Shown here: in pieces, positions 29,312 through 38,081 of the stretch
How positions within the stretch are numbered: position 1 is the first letter of the stretch
Layout of the letters: each line of letters starts with the position of its first letter
NCBI GenBank assembly: GCA_016839705.1
Contig: JAEOTR010000043.1
Coordinates: 1-43,242, forward strand
Direction of reading: 5' to 3'
From: Promethearchaeota archaeon
Lineage (GTDB): Archaea; Asgardarchaeota; Lokiarchaeia; Sigyniarchaeales; SOKP01
Length of the DNA: 43,242 nucleotides
Program-made: the position numbers and the translations under genes
The notes under the pieces: model-generated
Databases searched by the model: none
Told to the model about the DNA's origin: nothing
The model's input: only the letters and a program-made list of their open reading frames with translations

Positions 29312-30664
29312 TTAATCTGTTTTTTCTTTACTTTCTATTCTATCTAATGCCTTTTGAATCTTATTCAATTTCTCTAATATTAATCCATCTTCTTGATTTT
29401 CTCGAGGTTTTTCTAAATCTTGATCTTGAACATCTATTAGCCGTATTTTATCCCTTATTGCCGTACGAATAAACTCAGATTGTGTTTGATGAAATATACG
29501 AGCATGCTTTTTTATATCTTCTAATTCAGCAACACTCACTACAAATTTGACTTGCTTGTCTTTTAATGCTTTTTCTACTATATATAATTCTTCTCTTCTT
29601 CTTTTTTTTTCAATTTTTCTTTCTCTTAGTTCTTCCTCATTAAGCTTTTCGAGGTAAGTTCCATTAGTATGAGCGGGAATAACATTTTTCTTATATTCAT
29701 TCATGATATCCCTTCTAATATTAGATTCCTGTTTGCGTATTCTGCATGATCCCGCTGATAAATGGAGTGACTTGAGTTCTAATACCGACTTCGGGATATT
29801 CTTTAATAAATTATCATCTACTTCACACATCCTTAGAGATTTTAAGTTCCCTATTGTTTCTGGAATTTTCTCTATTTTATTTGATGCTAATAAAAGAACT
29901 TCAAGTGATGTCAGTTTTTCAATCGACTCTGGTAGAATGCTTATTAGATTATTATTCAAATAAAGAACTTGAAGAGATTTTAAATTCCCTATTGACTCTG
30001 GAAGCGTTTCTAATCTATTATTGTTTAACCAAAAGGATCTAAGCGAAGAAAGGTTCCCTATTGACTCTGGGAGATTTTTTAATAAATTATCATTGAAATT
30101 TATGGATTTGAGTGATTTAATATCTCCTATTGATTCTGGTAGAAATTTTAACTGATTTTGTTGTATTTCTAGGCTCTCAAGAGACGTAAGGTTGCCTATT
30201 GATTCTGGAAGCGTAATTAACTGATTAAGATCGGGGAAAGTATCATGTATATTATTTATTGCAAGGCTTGTAAGAGATTTTAAATTCCCTATTGATTCTG
30301 GAAGTTTCCTTAATCTATTTGACCGAAGATTAAGATATATGAGTGATTCCAAATTTCCTATTGATTCTGGTAATGTTGTCAATTGGTTCCCTAGTATAAA
30401 GAGTTTTGTGAGTGATGTGAGGTTTCCAATCGAATCAGGGAGTTCCGCTAATTTGCTATACCATGCTTTATCATGTAAATTTGGGTAACCCAGGTTTAGC
30501 TCTATTACATGTTCGTTCTCTATTGTCACCCCAAAAGGTGAAAAGGGAGGTGAATTCTTCGTCCCCATTTGAGGAATAGATTTACCAATTAACTCTTCTA
30601 AATCTTTTAGTGTTTTGGCTTCCTCAGTTTTTAGCTTAATCTTATCATTTATTCTTTCACTCAT
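29312..30664 (-). CDS. Leucine-rich repeat protein fused to a C-terminal ribbon-helix-helix (CopG/Arc/MetJ-like) domain
   Basis: About 10 23-aa LPESIGNL-type LRRs, a charged linker, then KQVKFVVSVAELEDIKKHARIFHQTQSEFIRTAIRDKI (beta-alpha-alpha with S-E-F-I-R) and a short terminal coiled coil. Confidence 0.88.
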   Translation of the reverse strand: MSERINDKIKLKTEEAKTLKDLEELIGKSIPQMGTKNSPPFSPFGVTIENEHVIELNLGYPNLHDKAWYSKLAELPDSIGNLTSLTKLFILGNQLTTLPESIGNLESLIYLNLRSNRLRKLPESIGNLKSLTSLAINNIHDTFPDLNQLITLPESIGNLTSLESLEIQQNQLKFLPESIGDIKSLKSINFNDNLLKNLPESIGNLSSLRSFWLNNNRLETLPESIGNLKSLQVLYLNNNLISILPESIEKLTSLEVLLLASNKIEKIPETIGNLKSLRMCEVDDNLLKNIPKSVLELKSLHLSAGSCRIRKQESNIRRDIMNEYKKNVIPAHTNGTYLEKLNEEELRERKIEKKRRREELYIVEKALKDKQVKFVVSVAELEDIKKHARIFHQTQSEFIRTAIRDKIRLIDVQDQDLEKPRENQEDGLILEKLNKIQKALDRIESKEKTD

Positions 30665-30733
30665 TTTTTAATATCCACCTTACTTATTTTTTTAACAATT
30701 TTACTTTATTAATGGGATTGAATCATAAAAAGA

Positions 30734-30757
30734 TAGTACAAGTTTGGTACAAGTTTT
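30734..30757. promoter_or_regulatory. Putative operator box 1, TAGTACAAGTTTGGTACAAGTTTT
   Basis: Two GTACAA repeats 11 bp apart; overlaps the expected transcription start of the LRR-RHH gene. Confidence 0.7.
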
Positions 30758-30781
30758 CTGTAAAAATAATGGTAATTTCCC

Positions 30782-30789
30782 TTTATAAA
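30782..30789 (-). promoter_or_regulatory. TATA box of the LRR-RHH gene
   Basis: TTTATAAA lying between the two 24-bp boxes. Confidence 0.6.
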
Positions 30790-30791
30790 TC

Positions 30792-30815
30792 TAGTACAAA
30801 TTTGGTACAAGTTTT
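30792..30815. promoter_or_regulatory. Putative operator box 2, TAGTACAAATTTGGTACAAGTTTT
   Basis: 23/24 identical to box 1 and 58 bp away; covers the BRE position. Confidence 0.7.
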
Positions 30816-30836
30816 ATTGACAAAGATGTCTAAACG

Positions 30837-30965
30837 ATAAAGATAATTTAATTTATAAAGCTTTTGCATGGTAGAATCCCATAATTTTGGTGTTTATAGA
30901 AGATTTTGAAAAATAATAAAAAAAAATTTCTTTTAGATTTAATATGCTAGCTCTCGTTTTTGAAA
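30837..30965. repeat. Direct repeat copy B (permease 3' end FQKRELAY*, T-tract and TATA region)
   Basis: Homologous to 29147-29275, e.g. ATAAAGATAATTTAATTTATAAAG vs ATAAAGATGATTTAGTTTATAAAA, and GAAGATTTTGAAAAATAATA vs GAAGATTTAGTAAAATAATA. Confidence 0.85.
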
Positions 30966-31187
30966 AATATAAAGAGCTCCCACTAATGCTATTATTCCAA
31001 CAGCAATTACAATTAATAGCTCATTTATCGGCATTGCCCCGGAACTAACTATCGTTCCAGCATTCAGATAGTTAAAAAGTGAGAAAAGTTTTAATGGTTC
31101 AGCATTACTGACCATTCCCCCAACTCTTACTAAAACATACTGTCCAAAAATCACTATCCCTGCTGCAGGTAACGCTTTCTTAGACAA
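30939..31187 (-). pseudogene. 5'-truncated second ABC-2 permease (C-terminal third only)
   Basis: Aligns to the C-terminus of the adjacent permease (LKLFSLFNY vs IRYISIFYY; IFQKREL vs IFNKRDI). An in-frame stop lies a few codons upstream and there is no room for the N-terminal part. Confidence 0.75.
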
Positions 31188-31260
31188 AGCTTTGTGTAAG
31201 AGGAAATCCTATTATTTTGAAATTTAAGAAGAATAAAAAAAAATGTGAATAAAATTTTAT

Positions 31261-32076
31261 CTAAACGGGGATATCCCTTTTATTAAAAATAACTATTGAA
31301 CCTATAGCTACAATGACTGTATAACTAGAAAGGAATACAATTTTTAAAGGTATCGCATCCCAATTACTATTTACAAGGAGATTTGAGACATCAGAGTAAT
31401 AGAAAATGCTTATATACCTAATTCCTTCCATATTCTCCCCAAAACTCTGCCAGAATTGACCAACCGCATAAAAAAAGATAACTACACCGAAACTTAAAAC
31501 AAGAGATTTCTTAGTATTCATGAATGTAGAGAAGAAAAATCCTGTGGTAACAATGCATAAATTCAATAGGATCATTACAAGAAAAGCTGTTAAAAATTCT
31601 GCCCATGGAACTTCATTAGGAGCAACATTTGGCATTATAAAAATACCCAGGATTACTGCCAACATTACTCCACCCAAGACTATAAATGCGCCTATTATTT
31701 GATATAAATATTTCCCAAGCGAAAATTCCCATCGTTTAATAGGTTTAGACAGCATTAGATCGATAGTTTTATTGTCAATCTCTCTTGGAATATCTTGGGA
31801 AGCTTTTAATACAAAATAAATTCCAAAAAAGAATAATGACATTGAAAATAGATAGATGTTCATTAAACCTCCAATTGTACTTAATGAGTAAAATTCACCA
31901 ATCATCTGTCTTATTGCTTCTGGATAAGACTCTAGCAAAGCTTCGAAGTCAGCAAAAAATATTGGATCAAAAATTGAAACAAACCATATGTAAAATAGTC
32001 CTAGTAATGCTGTATATAAAATGAGACCTTTCTTACTTGACAAAAGTTCTTTCTGCATAATTCTAATCGCTTTCAT
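31261..32076 (-). CDS. ABC-2 type transporter permease
   Basis: Six TM segments, REIDNKTIDLMLSKPIKR...GKY, terminal FNKRDI. Confidence 0.92.
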   Translation of the reverse strand: MKAIRIMQKELLSSKKGLILYTALLGLFYIWFVSIFDPIFFADFEALLESYPEAIRQMIGEFYSLSTIGGLMNIYLFSMSLFFFGIYFVLKASQDIPREIDNKTIDLMLSKPIKRWEFSLGKYLYQIIGAFIVLGGVMLAVILGIFIMPNVAPNEVPWAEFLTAFLVMILLNLCIVTTGFFFSTFMNTKKSLVLSFGVVIFFYAVGQFWQSFGENMEGIRYISIFYYSDVSNLLVNSNWDAIPLKIVFLSSYTVIVAIGSIVIFNKRDIPV

Positions 32077-33029
32077 GCAGCTTCACCTCCTTCTGTAGTA
32101 TTATCTTTATAATATTGCATAAAAATATTCTCTAAAGTGGAATGTGTGATTGAAATATCTCTTATCGGAACCCCATCCCAGTTTTTTTCACTAATTGCAC
32201 GCAAAACTTTCCGAGTCTGTTCTGGGGGAACTAAAAATTGGAGCTCAACATGGTAAGATTGTTTCATAATAGTTTCTGGAACTTCAGATGCTAAAAAGTT
32301 TGTAAATGCTTCTAAACCTTTTGGTGTTTCAAAAATTAATTCAATATTTTTCAAGTTCTTGGCTTTAAGCTCCCTGATATTTGATATCTCTGCAATTTTT
32401 CCTTTTTTAATGATTGCCACTCTATTACAAAATTTCTCTATTTCTGGAAGAACATGAGAACATACAAAAACTGTACAGTTTGATTCTTTCTGACGCTCAG
32501 AAACAATTCGATAAAATTCGCTTTGATTTAATGGATCAAGTCCAGAAGTTGGCTCATCCATGATTAATAAATCGAACTTGCCCATTAATGCTACTAGAAC
32601 CCCAGTTTTCTGTTTATTACCTTTACTTAGAACGCCCATCTTTCGCTGCATTTCGATTTTAAGTCTGTCAGCTACTTCATCTACAAATCTCCAATCAATC
32701 TCGATTTTATAAAGCTTCGCAAAATATTTAATTAATTGCGTAGCACTCATCTCCTTGTATATTCCAAGCTCACCTGGTAAATATCCAATTCGATTTCGTA
32801 TTTCTACATCCTTAATAGGATTAATCTTCTGACCAAGAATTGTTATATCACCTGCATCAACATTTAAAAATCCAAGTAAACACCTAATTGTTGTCGTTTT
32901 TCCCGCCCCATTTGGTCCAAGAAACCCAAATCGAGAACCTTCTGGAACTTCAAAAGAAATACCATCAACAGCTTTTACTTTTCCCTTGTTATAATATTTT
33001 TTTAAATTTTTCACTTCGATAGCGTTCAT
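32073..33029 (-). CDS. ABC transporter ATP-binding subunit (drug-exporter/CcmA-like)
   Basis: GPNGAGKTT, LSKGNKQK, MDEPTSGLDP, SH. ATG at 33029 is preferred to the TTG at 33038. Confidence 0.95.
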   Translation of the reverse strand: MNAIEVKNLKKYYNKGKVKAVDGISFEVPEGSRFGFLGPNGAGKTTTIRCLLGFLNVDAGDITILGQKINPIKDVEIRNRIGYLPGELGIYKEMSATQLIKYFAKLYKIEIDWRFVDEVADRLKIEMQRKMGVLSKGNKQKTGVLVALMGKFDLLIMDEPTSGLDPLNQSEFYRIVSERQKESNCTVFVCSHVLPEIEKFCNRVAIIKKGKIAEISNIRELKAKNLKNIELIFETPKGLEAFTNFLASEVPETIMKQSYHVELQFLVPPEQTRKVLRAISEKNWDGVPIRDISITHSTLENIFMQYYKDNTTEGGEAA

Positions 33030-33047
33030 AATTATCAACCTTTAGAG

Positions 33048-33075
33048 TTTTTTATTCTTCATGAATAATAAAAAA
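33048..33075. promoter_or_regulatory. Palindromic operator 1, TTTTTTATTCTTCA|TGAATAATAAAAAA
   Basis: 28-bp inverted repeat with one mismatched pair, just upstream of the ABC operon. Confidence 0.7.
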
Positions 33076-33110
33076 CCTAATATATTAAAATAAACCTGTA
33101 TATATAAATG

Positions 33111-33138
33111 TTCTTCATTTTTCATGAAAGATAAAAAA
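33111..33138. promoter_or_regulatory. Palindromic operator 2, TTCTTCATTTTTCA|TGAAAGATAAAAAA
   Basis: 23/28 identical to operator 1; TATATATAAA (33099-33108) lies between the two. Confidence 0.6.
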
Positions 33139-33175
33139 TTATAAATAATTGTTTGTACATTAATAATATTAAAGA

Positions 33176-33694
33176 ATGATAGATAAGAAACTTTTGAGCA
33201 GAAATCATCTTTTTCAAGGGAAGATTAAAGAATATGAGCAAATATTAATTGAATTTGTATTAGAATCTGGGAGAGCGAAGAGTGTTGATCCAAATCTTCA
33301 ATTAATTCTTGGTTATATTGGAATTCATAAAAGTTTGACCCAAAAAGAGTTAAAAGATCTAACAGGTCTGTCTGCAGGGACAATTTCAAAAAAATTAGGA
33401 GACATATTAACTCTCGGAGTTATAAAAAAGGAGAAAATTCCTAAAACCAATCAATTTTTATATATAAATGCACCGGAAGCATACGTAGATACCGCTGATG
33501 CAACATTAGAGGAATTCATTGAAATTAATGAATTTCTTAAAAAAAAAATCACTGAGATTGAAAAATTTAAAGACAAAAAAGGCGCTGAATTTCTTTCTGA
33601 ACGAATAAAAAGCTTAATAAAGACTTTTGAAACCGTCCAAAATATCTGGTCTGATTTAGAATTTATTTTTACACAAAAAAAGAAAGAAACCTAA
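33176..33694 (+). CDS. GbsR/MarR-like winged-helix transcriptional regulator (paralog 1)
   Basis: LTQKELKDLTGLSAGTISKKL HTH; divergent from the ABC operon. Confidence 0.85.
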   Translation: MIDKKLLSRNHLFQGKIKEYEQILIEFVLESGRAKSVDPNLQLILGYIGIHKSLTQKELKDLTGLSAGTISKKLGDILTLGVIKKEKIPKTNQFLYINAPEAYVDTADATLEEFIEINEFLKKKITEIEKFKDKKGAEFLSERIKSLIKTFETVQNIWSDLEFIFTQKKKET

Positions 33695-33696
33695 TC

Positions 33697-34206
33697 ATGA
33701 TTTTAGAAGAAAAATTTGAACCCGAAATTAAAATTATTGAAAATGAGATAATTGATACCTTATTAAAATATACTGTTTTTTCTGTTCGAGGTGAAATAAC
33801 ATCTAAAATTCTTTTTTATTTTATAACTAGAAAAGACTTATCCCAATCTGAACTCCAAGATTTAACAGGTTTTTCTGCGGGGAAAATTTCTCAGGAGATT
33901 AACAATTTTCTGGAGTTTAATTTAATACGGATCTCTAAAAAATCGAAACCATGGATCTATTCAATGGAATCTGTGGTTGCTGAAACTTTTAGTAGAGCGA
34001 TTAACCTTTTAAAAACGAATGTTAAATGGGAATCAAAGTTCCTTGAAATGAAAGAAGATTTGGAAATAAATAGAGAAAAACTTCAAAAATTAAATGGGTA
34101 CGATGAAGTAAAGGATTTTCTTGAAATAAACTTAATGAGATTCTCTGGATTTAAGAGTATAATAAAACTTTGGGAAGAACTTAAAAAAAAATATGAAAAT
34201 GAGTAA
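33697..34206 (+). CDS. GbsR/MarR-like winged-helix transcriptional regulator (paralog 2)
   Basis: LSQSELQDLTGFSAGKISQEI HTH; starts 2 bp after paralog 1. Confidence 0.85.
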   Translation: MILEEKFEPEIKIIENEIIDTLLKYTVFSVRGEITSKILFYFITRKDLSQSELQDLTGFSAGKISQEINNFLEFNLIRISKKSKPWIYSMESVVAETFSRAINLLKTNVKWESKFLEMKEDLEINREKLQKLNGYDEVKDFLEINLMRFSGFKSIIKLWEELKKKYENE

Positions 34207-34215
34207 AATTTAATT

Positions 34216-34719
34216 TTATCTAAGATTCCAGGTCATTGCACACTCTCCAACTCCACCTTTCTGAACACCTTCGAACCTTAAATTCTTGAAACCAAACTTA
34301 TTTTTAACTTTTGATAGAATTCCCATGATTACTTGAGGAAACATACAAGAAGGGCTGCCATTATCTTGAAATCTGTAATAAGTGTTGGCATAACACATTT
34401 TACAACTATCTTGTTTAGCCTTTAATTTAATAACTTCTCCATTATTATCTCTTACGACATCTACTTCAGCATTGTTAGTTATTGCCCATTCTTGTTCTAG
34501 AAATCTTTGTAATCCGTTTAAAAAATCATGAATATTCTCGATTCCAGTATCATCGAATTCTCTCCCGATTGTACGTCCTATTTTGGTGAGAATTTCTCCT
34601 TTTTTATCAGGAGGGAGTGATTTTTGCAAAGCATACCAAAGTTTGAAGAATGTACTATAGGGTACTGTCTCAAATTGTTTTGGTAATGTTTCTATTTCGT
34701 CTTTTGTTAAAGAATCCAA
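34216..34719 (-). CDS. V4R/H-NOX-like ligand-binding domain protein
   Basis: GRTIGREF, CKMC, PSCMFPQVIMGIL and terminal GECAMTW follow the V4R Cys pattern. Confidence 0.6.
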   Translation of the reverse strand: MDSLTKDEIETLPKQFETVPYSTFFKLWYALQKSLPPDKKGEILTKIGRTIGREFDDTGIENIHDFLNGLQRFLEQEWAITNNAEVDVVRDNNGEVIKLKAKQDSCKMCYANTYYRFQDNGSPSCMFPQVIMGILSKVKNKFGFKNLRFEGVQKGGVGECAMTWNLR

Positions 34720-34749
34720 TTTTTTTCACCACTTTTTTTGATTTAAATT

Positions 34750-35025
34750 CTAGAAGTTTTCAATAACCTTTCCACTCGGAAGAATCTTGTATAAAACTCT
34801 ATCTTCCTCCTCTATTTTCTCGACACAAAAAGTTTGTAGCAAAAAATCCATGTGGTATTTGAAAACCTCTTCACTATCTAAGGTACCATTTGCTTTTAAT
34901 TTCTTTATTAGATTAGGTTCTAAGATTTCCTCTTTTTCGTTTACAAATCTCAGGATTTCTCTTCTAATGGGATGATTTACTGCTTTTAAATGTTGAGCAT
35001 GACCTACTTTTTTCTGTTCTGACAT
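34750..35025 (-). CDS. ArsR-like winged-helix regulator
   Basis: LKAVNHPIRREIL...FKYHMDFL...YKILPSGK; ATG at 35025 has a GTGA RBS. Confidence 0.82.
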   Translation of the reverse strand: MSEQKKVGHAQHLKAVNHPIRREILRFVNEKEEILEPNLIKKLKANGTLDSEEVFKYHMDFLLQTFCVEKIEEEDRVLYKILPSGKVIENF

Positions 35026-35223
35026 TTTTTTCACATATAGAAAATTCAATCTAGATATAGGATTATTTTATATTAACAATAATTAGAGGGAAATAAAATC
35101 TTGAGATTTTAGATTATAAAAAAGCTTAAGAAAAAGATTTAAAATTATCAGAAGAATAAAACAAAAAGTTTTTAATAATTAATCTGGGATGTCTTTTCTA
35201 TTAAAACTAAATAAAATACCTAT

Positions 35224-36132
35224 TTACATTCGATCTAAGTTTTTTCTTGCCATTTTTTTTATTCTATTGGATTGGATATAAGAATCTAAAGTTTTTATAA
35301 ACATCTCACGGTCTTCCTTAATATTTACTGATTCGATATCACAATAATTGCTAACATGATCATTAAATACTTGAGAGGTAACATTATCACCAAGATTTGC
35401 AATGATGTTTCTCTCTTCTTTAAGGTTCTCTAAGGGACTTAATAGAGTGAACTCACCAGATTTTAAATTTTCCCATAGAGGTACACTAGGGGAGATATTT
35501 AGAGTTCGGAACCTAAAAATAGTAGGATTTATTGCCGTTAATACCCTTGCTGTTTCTTTCACGTGCTCTTCTGAATATTTTTGTCCTCCTAAGCCTAAAA
35601 TTATATATAGCGATAAATTAATTCCCGCATTTAAAAGTCTTTTGCCGGCTTTTATAAAAGACTCAGCATTGGTACCTTTCTTCATTAGTCTTAGTACTTT
35701 ATTTGAGCCACTCTCTAATCCCATATAGACAATGTCTAATCCTGCGTTAGCTAACGTTTTTAATTCCTCATCAGACTTCCTTAGTACATCTAGGGCTTTA
35801 GAGTAACAACTCACCCGTTGCACATCTCTAAGTTTAACCCTGACGTATTTAATAATTTCTGCTAGATATTCTGTAGGGGCAGAAGTGGGATTTCCCCCTG
35901 CTAAAAATACTGGAAAGCCATGGTAATTGTATTTAGCAGCTTGATCAATATCCTTTTTGACGTCATCTATAGGTCGTATAGCATAATCTTGAGTAGTGCC
36001 ATACATACCTTTATAGGTTCCGCAGAACAAGCACCTATTCCAAGAACATCCACCGGTTACAGCGATTAAGACGGAGTAAGCCTCAACGGGGGGTCTTATT
36101 ATAATGTGTTCAGCAGGGTATTTTTCAAACAT
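35224..36132 (-). CDS. Radical SAM protein (HemN-like standalone family)
   Basis: IRPPVEA, CSWNRCLFC (CxxxCxxC), YMGLESG, DHVSNY. Confidence 0.92.
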   Translation of the reverse strand: MFEKYPAEHIIIRPPVEAYSVLIAVTGGCSWNRCLFCGTYKGMYGTTQDYAIRPIDDVKKDIDQAAKYNYHGFPVFLAGGNPTSAPTEYLAEIIKYVRVKLRDVQRVSCYSKALDVLRKSDEELKTLANAGLDIVYMGLESGSNKVLRLMKKGTNAESFIKAGKRLLNAGINLSLYIILGLGGQKYSEEHVKETARVLTAINPTIFRFRTLNISPSVPLWENLKSGEFTLLSPLENLKEERNIIANLGDNVTSQVFNDHVSNYCDIESVNIKEDREMFIKTLDSYIQSNRIKKMARKNLDRM

Positions 36133-36253
36133 GACAGTTTATAGAAAGAATTTTAAAAAATTGGTATATATTTTTTAGTTAATTTAAATAAAATTAGATA
36201 TATTTTTAGATATTATTATTATAATTCCTAATTTTTGACTGAAGGTTATTAAC

Positions 36254-37864
36254 ATGAATACAAGATTTAAATGGGATTTCATGTATCCCTCTCAAAGAAT
36301 GCCAATCTTAGCAAGAAACATAGTATCAACATCCCAACCATTAGCTTCTCAAGCTGGACTTCAAATGATTATAAAAGGAGGAAATGCTGTTGACGCTGCA
36401 ATTGCTGCAGCAATTACTTTAACAGTAGTAGAACCAACTTCGAATGGTATTGGAAGTGACGCATTTGCAATCTTATGGGATGGGAAAGAAATCATAGGGC
36501 TAAATGCTTCAGGAAGATCTCCGGAATCGTGGGAACCAGAAATATTCTCAAACCTAAAAGAAATGCCACTCTTTGGATGGGGTTCTGTCACCGTTCCAGG
36601 AGCTGTATCTGCGTGGGTTGAACTTTCTAAAAGGTATGGTCAACTGTCATTTAAAGAGTTGTTTGAACCCGCCATAAAATATGCGGAAGAAGGATTTTTA
36701 GTTTCACCAATAACAGCAGATTTGTGGCAATCTCAAATATTCTCTTATGAAAACTCTTATCCCCAATTCAAAGAAAATTTTCTTGAGTTTTATAATACTT
36801 TTTTTCAGCATGGTAGAGCTCCAAAAAAAGCAGAATTATGTAAATTACCAAATCATGCAAAAACTTTAAAAGAAATAGCGGAAACAGAAGGAGAATCTTT
36901 CTATTATGGAGATTTAGCTAAATTGATTGTAGAGTATGCTCAAAATTCAGGAGGATATTTTACCCTTGAAGATTTCGAGAATCATAAAGCAACATGGGAA
37001 AAATCTCTCACCACGAAGTTCAAAGATGTAGTTTTACATGAAATCCCCCCAAATGGTCAAGGTATAGCAGTATTGATTATGCTTGGAATACTTGAACAAT
37101 TTGATTTAAGTTCAATTGAGCCAGATTCCCCTGAATCACTTCACCTACAAATTGAAGCTATGAAATTGGCGTTTTCTGATGCTTATCGCTATATTTCAGA
37201 CCAAGAATCATTGGAATTTGATCCTGAACATTTTTTAAAATCAAGATACTTGAAGCATAGAGCGAATATGATAAATTTAAAGAGTGCAAGTCTTTATGAA
37301 GCGAGTATCCCAAGTAAAGGAGACACCGTATATTTAACAACTGCAGATTCTGATGGTATGATGGTTTCCTTTATTCAGTCAAATTATAGGGGTTTTGGAT
37401 CTTGTGTTGTAGTTCCTAATACCGGAATTAGTTTTCAAAACAGGGGAAATGGATTTTCTTTAGTGGAAGGGCATCCTAACCAAGTTGGACCTAGTAAACG
37501 ACCTTTTCATACAATTATCCCCGCGATTGTAACTAAAAAAGGTAGACCTTTAATGAGTTTTGGTGTTATGGGAGGAGCTATGCAGCCACAAGGACATGCG
37601 CAATTAATAACACGTATATTTGAGTATGGCCAAAATCCTCAGGTTGCTCTAGATGCTCCACGTTGGCGTATTTCCGAAGGCTTGAATGTTTATCTCGAAC
37701 CGGGATTTAAAGATGAAGTATTCACCGAATTATCTTATTTAAATCATCAAGTATCTATCAAAGATTATACAAATTTTGGGGGAGGACAATTAATTTATAA
37801 TCTTGAAAATGGTTATTTAGGGGCATCAGATTGGCGTAAAGATGGTCAAGCTATAGGTTTTTAG
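36254..37864 (+). CDS. ggt: Gamma-glutamyltransferase family protein (YwrD-like Ntn hydrolase)
   Basis: GGNAVDAAIA, VPGAV, PPNGQG, GDTVY (nucleophile Thr), KRPFHTIIP, GVMGGAMQPQGH, SDWRKDG. Confidence 0.93.
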   Translation: MNTRFKWDFMYPSQRMPILARNIVSTSQPLASQAGLQMIIKGGNAVDAAIAAAITLTVVEPTSNGIGSDAFAILWDGKEIIGLNASGRSPESWEPEIFSNLKEMPLFGWGSVTVPGAVSAWVELSKRYGQLSFKELFEPAIKYAEEGFLVSPITADLWQSQIFSYENSYPQFKENFLEFYNTFFQHGRAPKKAELCKLPNHAKTLKEIAETEGESFYYGDLAKLIVEYAQNSGGYFTLEDFENHKATWEKSLTTKFKDVVLHEIPPNGQGIAVLIMLGILEQFDLSSIEPDSPESLHLQIEAMKLAFSDAYRYISDQESLEFDPEHFLKSRYLKHRANMINLKSASLYEASIPSKGDTVYLTTADSDGMMVSFIQSNYRGFGSCVVVPNTGISFQNRGNGFSLVEGHPNQVGPSKRPFHTIIPAIVTKKGRPLMSFGVMGGAMQPQGHAQLITRIFEYGQNPQVALDAPRWRISEGLNVYLEPGFKDEVFTELSYLNHQVSIKDYTNFGGGQLIYNLENGYLGASDWRKDGQAIGF

Positions 37865-38081
37865 TTAACAGTTTATATGTAATTTAAAATTTGAAAAAGA
37901 AGAAAATTTTAGGTTATGCTCCTATAATTCGATTTTGGGTGTTTTAATTTTGATAGTAATTAATACCCTCAAGCAAAATATATAAGGAGATAATAATTTT
38001 CTCTCATAATTTGGTATAAAATATTAGCTTTACAATCTCAGTTAAGGTTGATATATTAATAAATAAGAGGTATGTTATTAG

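Noticed and set aside
29840-30440. Recurrent CCTATTGA(C/T)TCTGG at ~69-bp period, CRISPR-like at first sight
   Set aside because: It encodes the LPESIG motif of 23-aa LRRs; the 'spacers' are homologous coding sequence and no cas genes are present.
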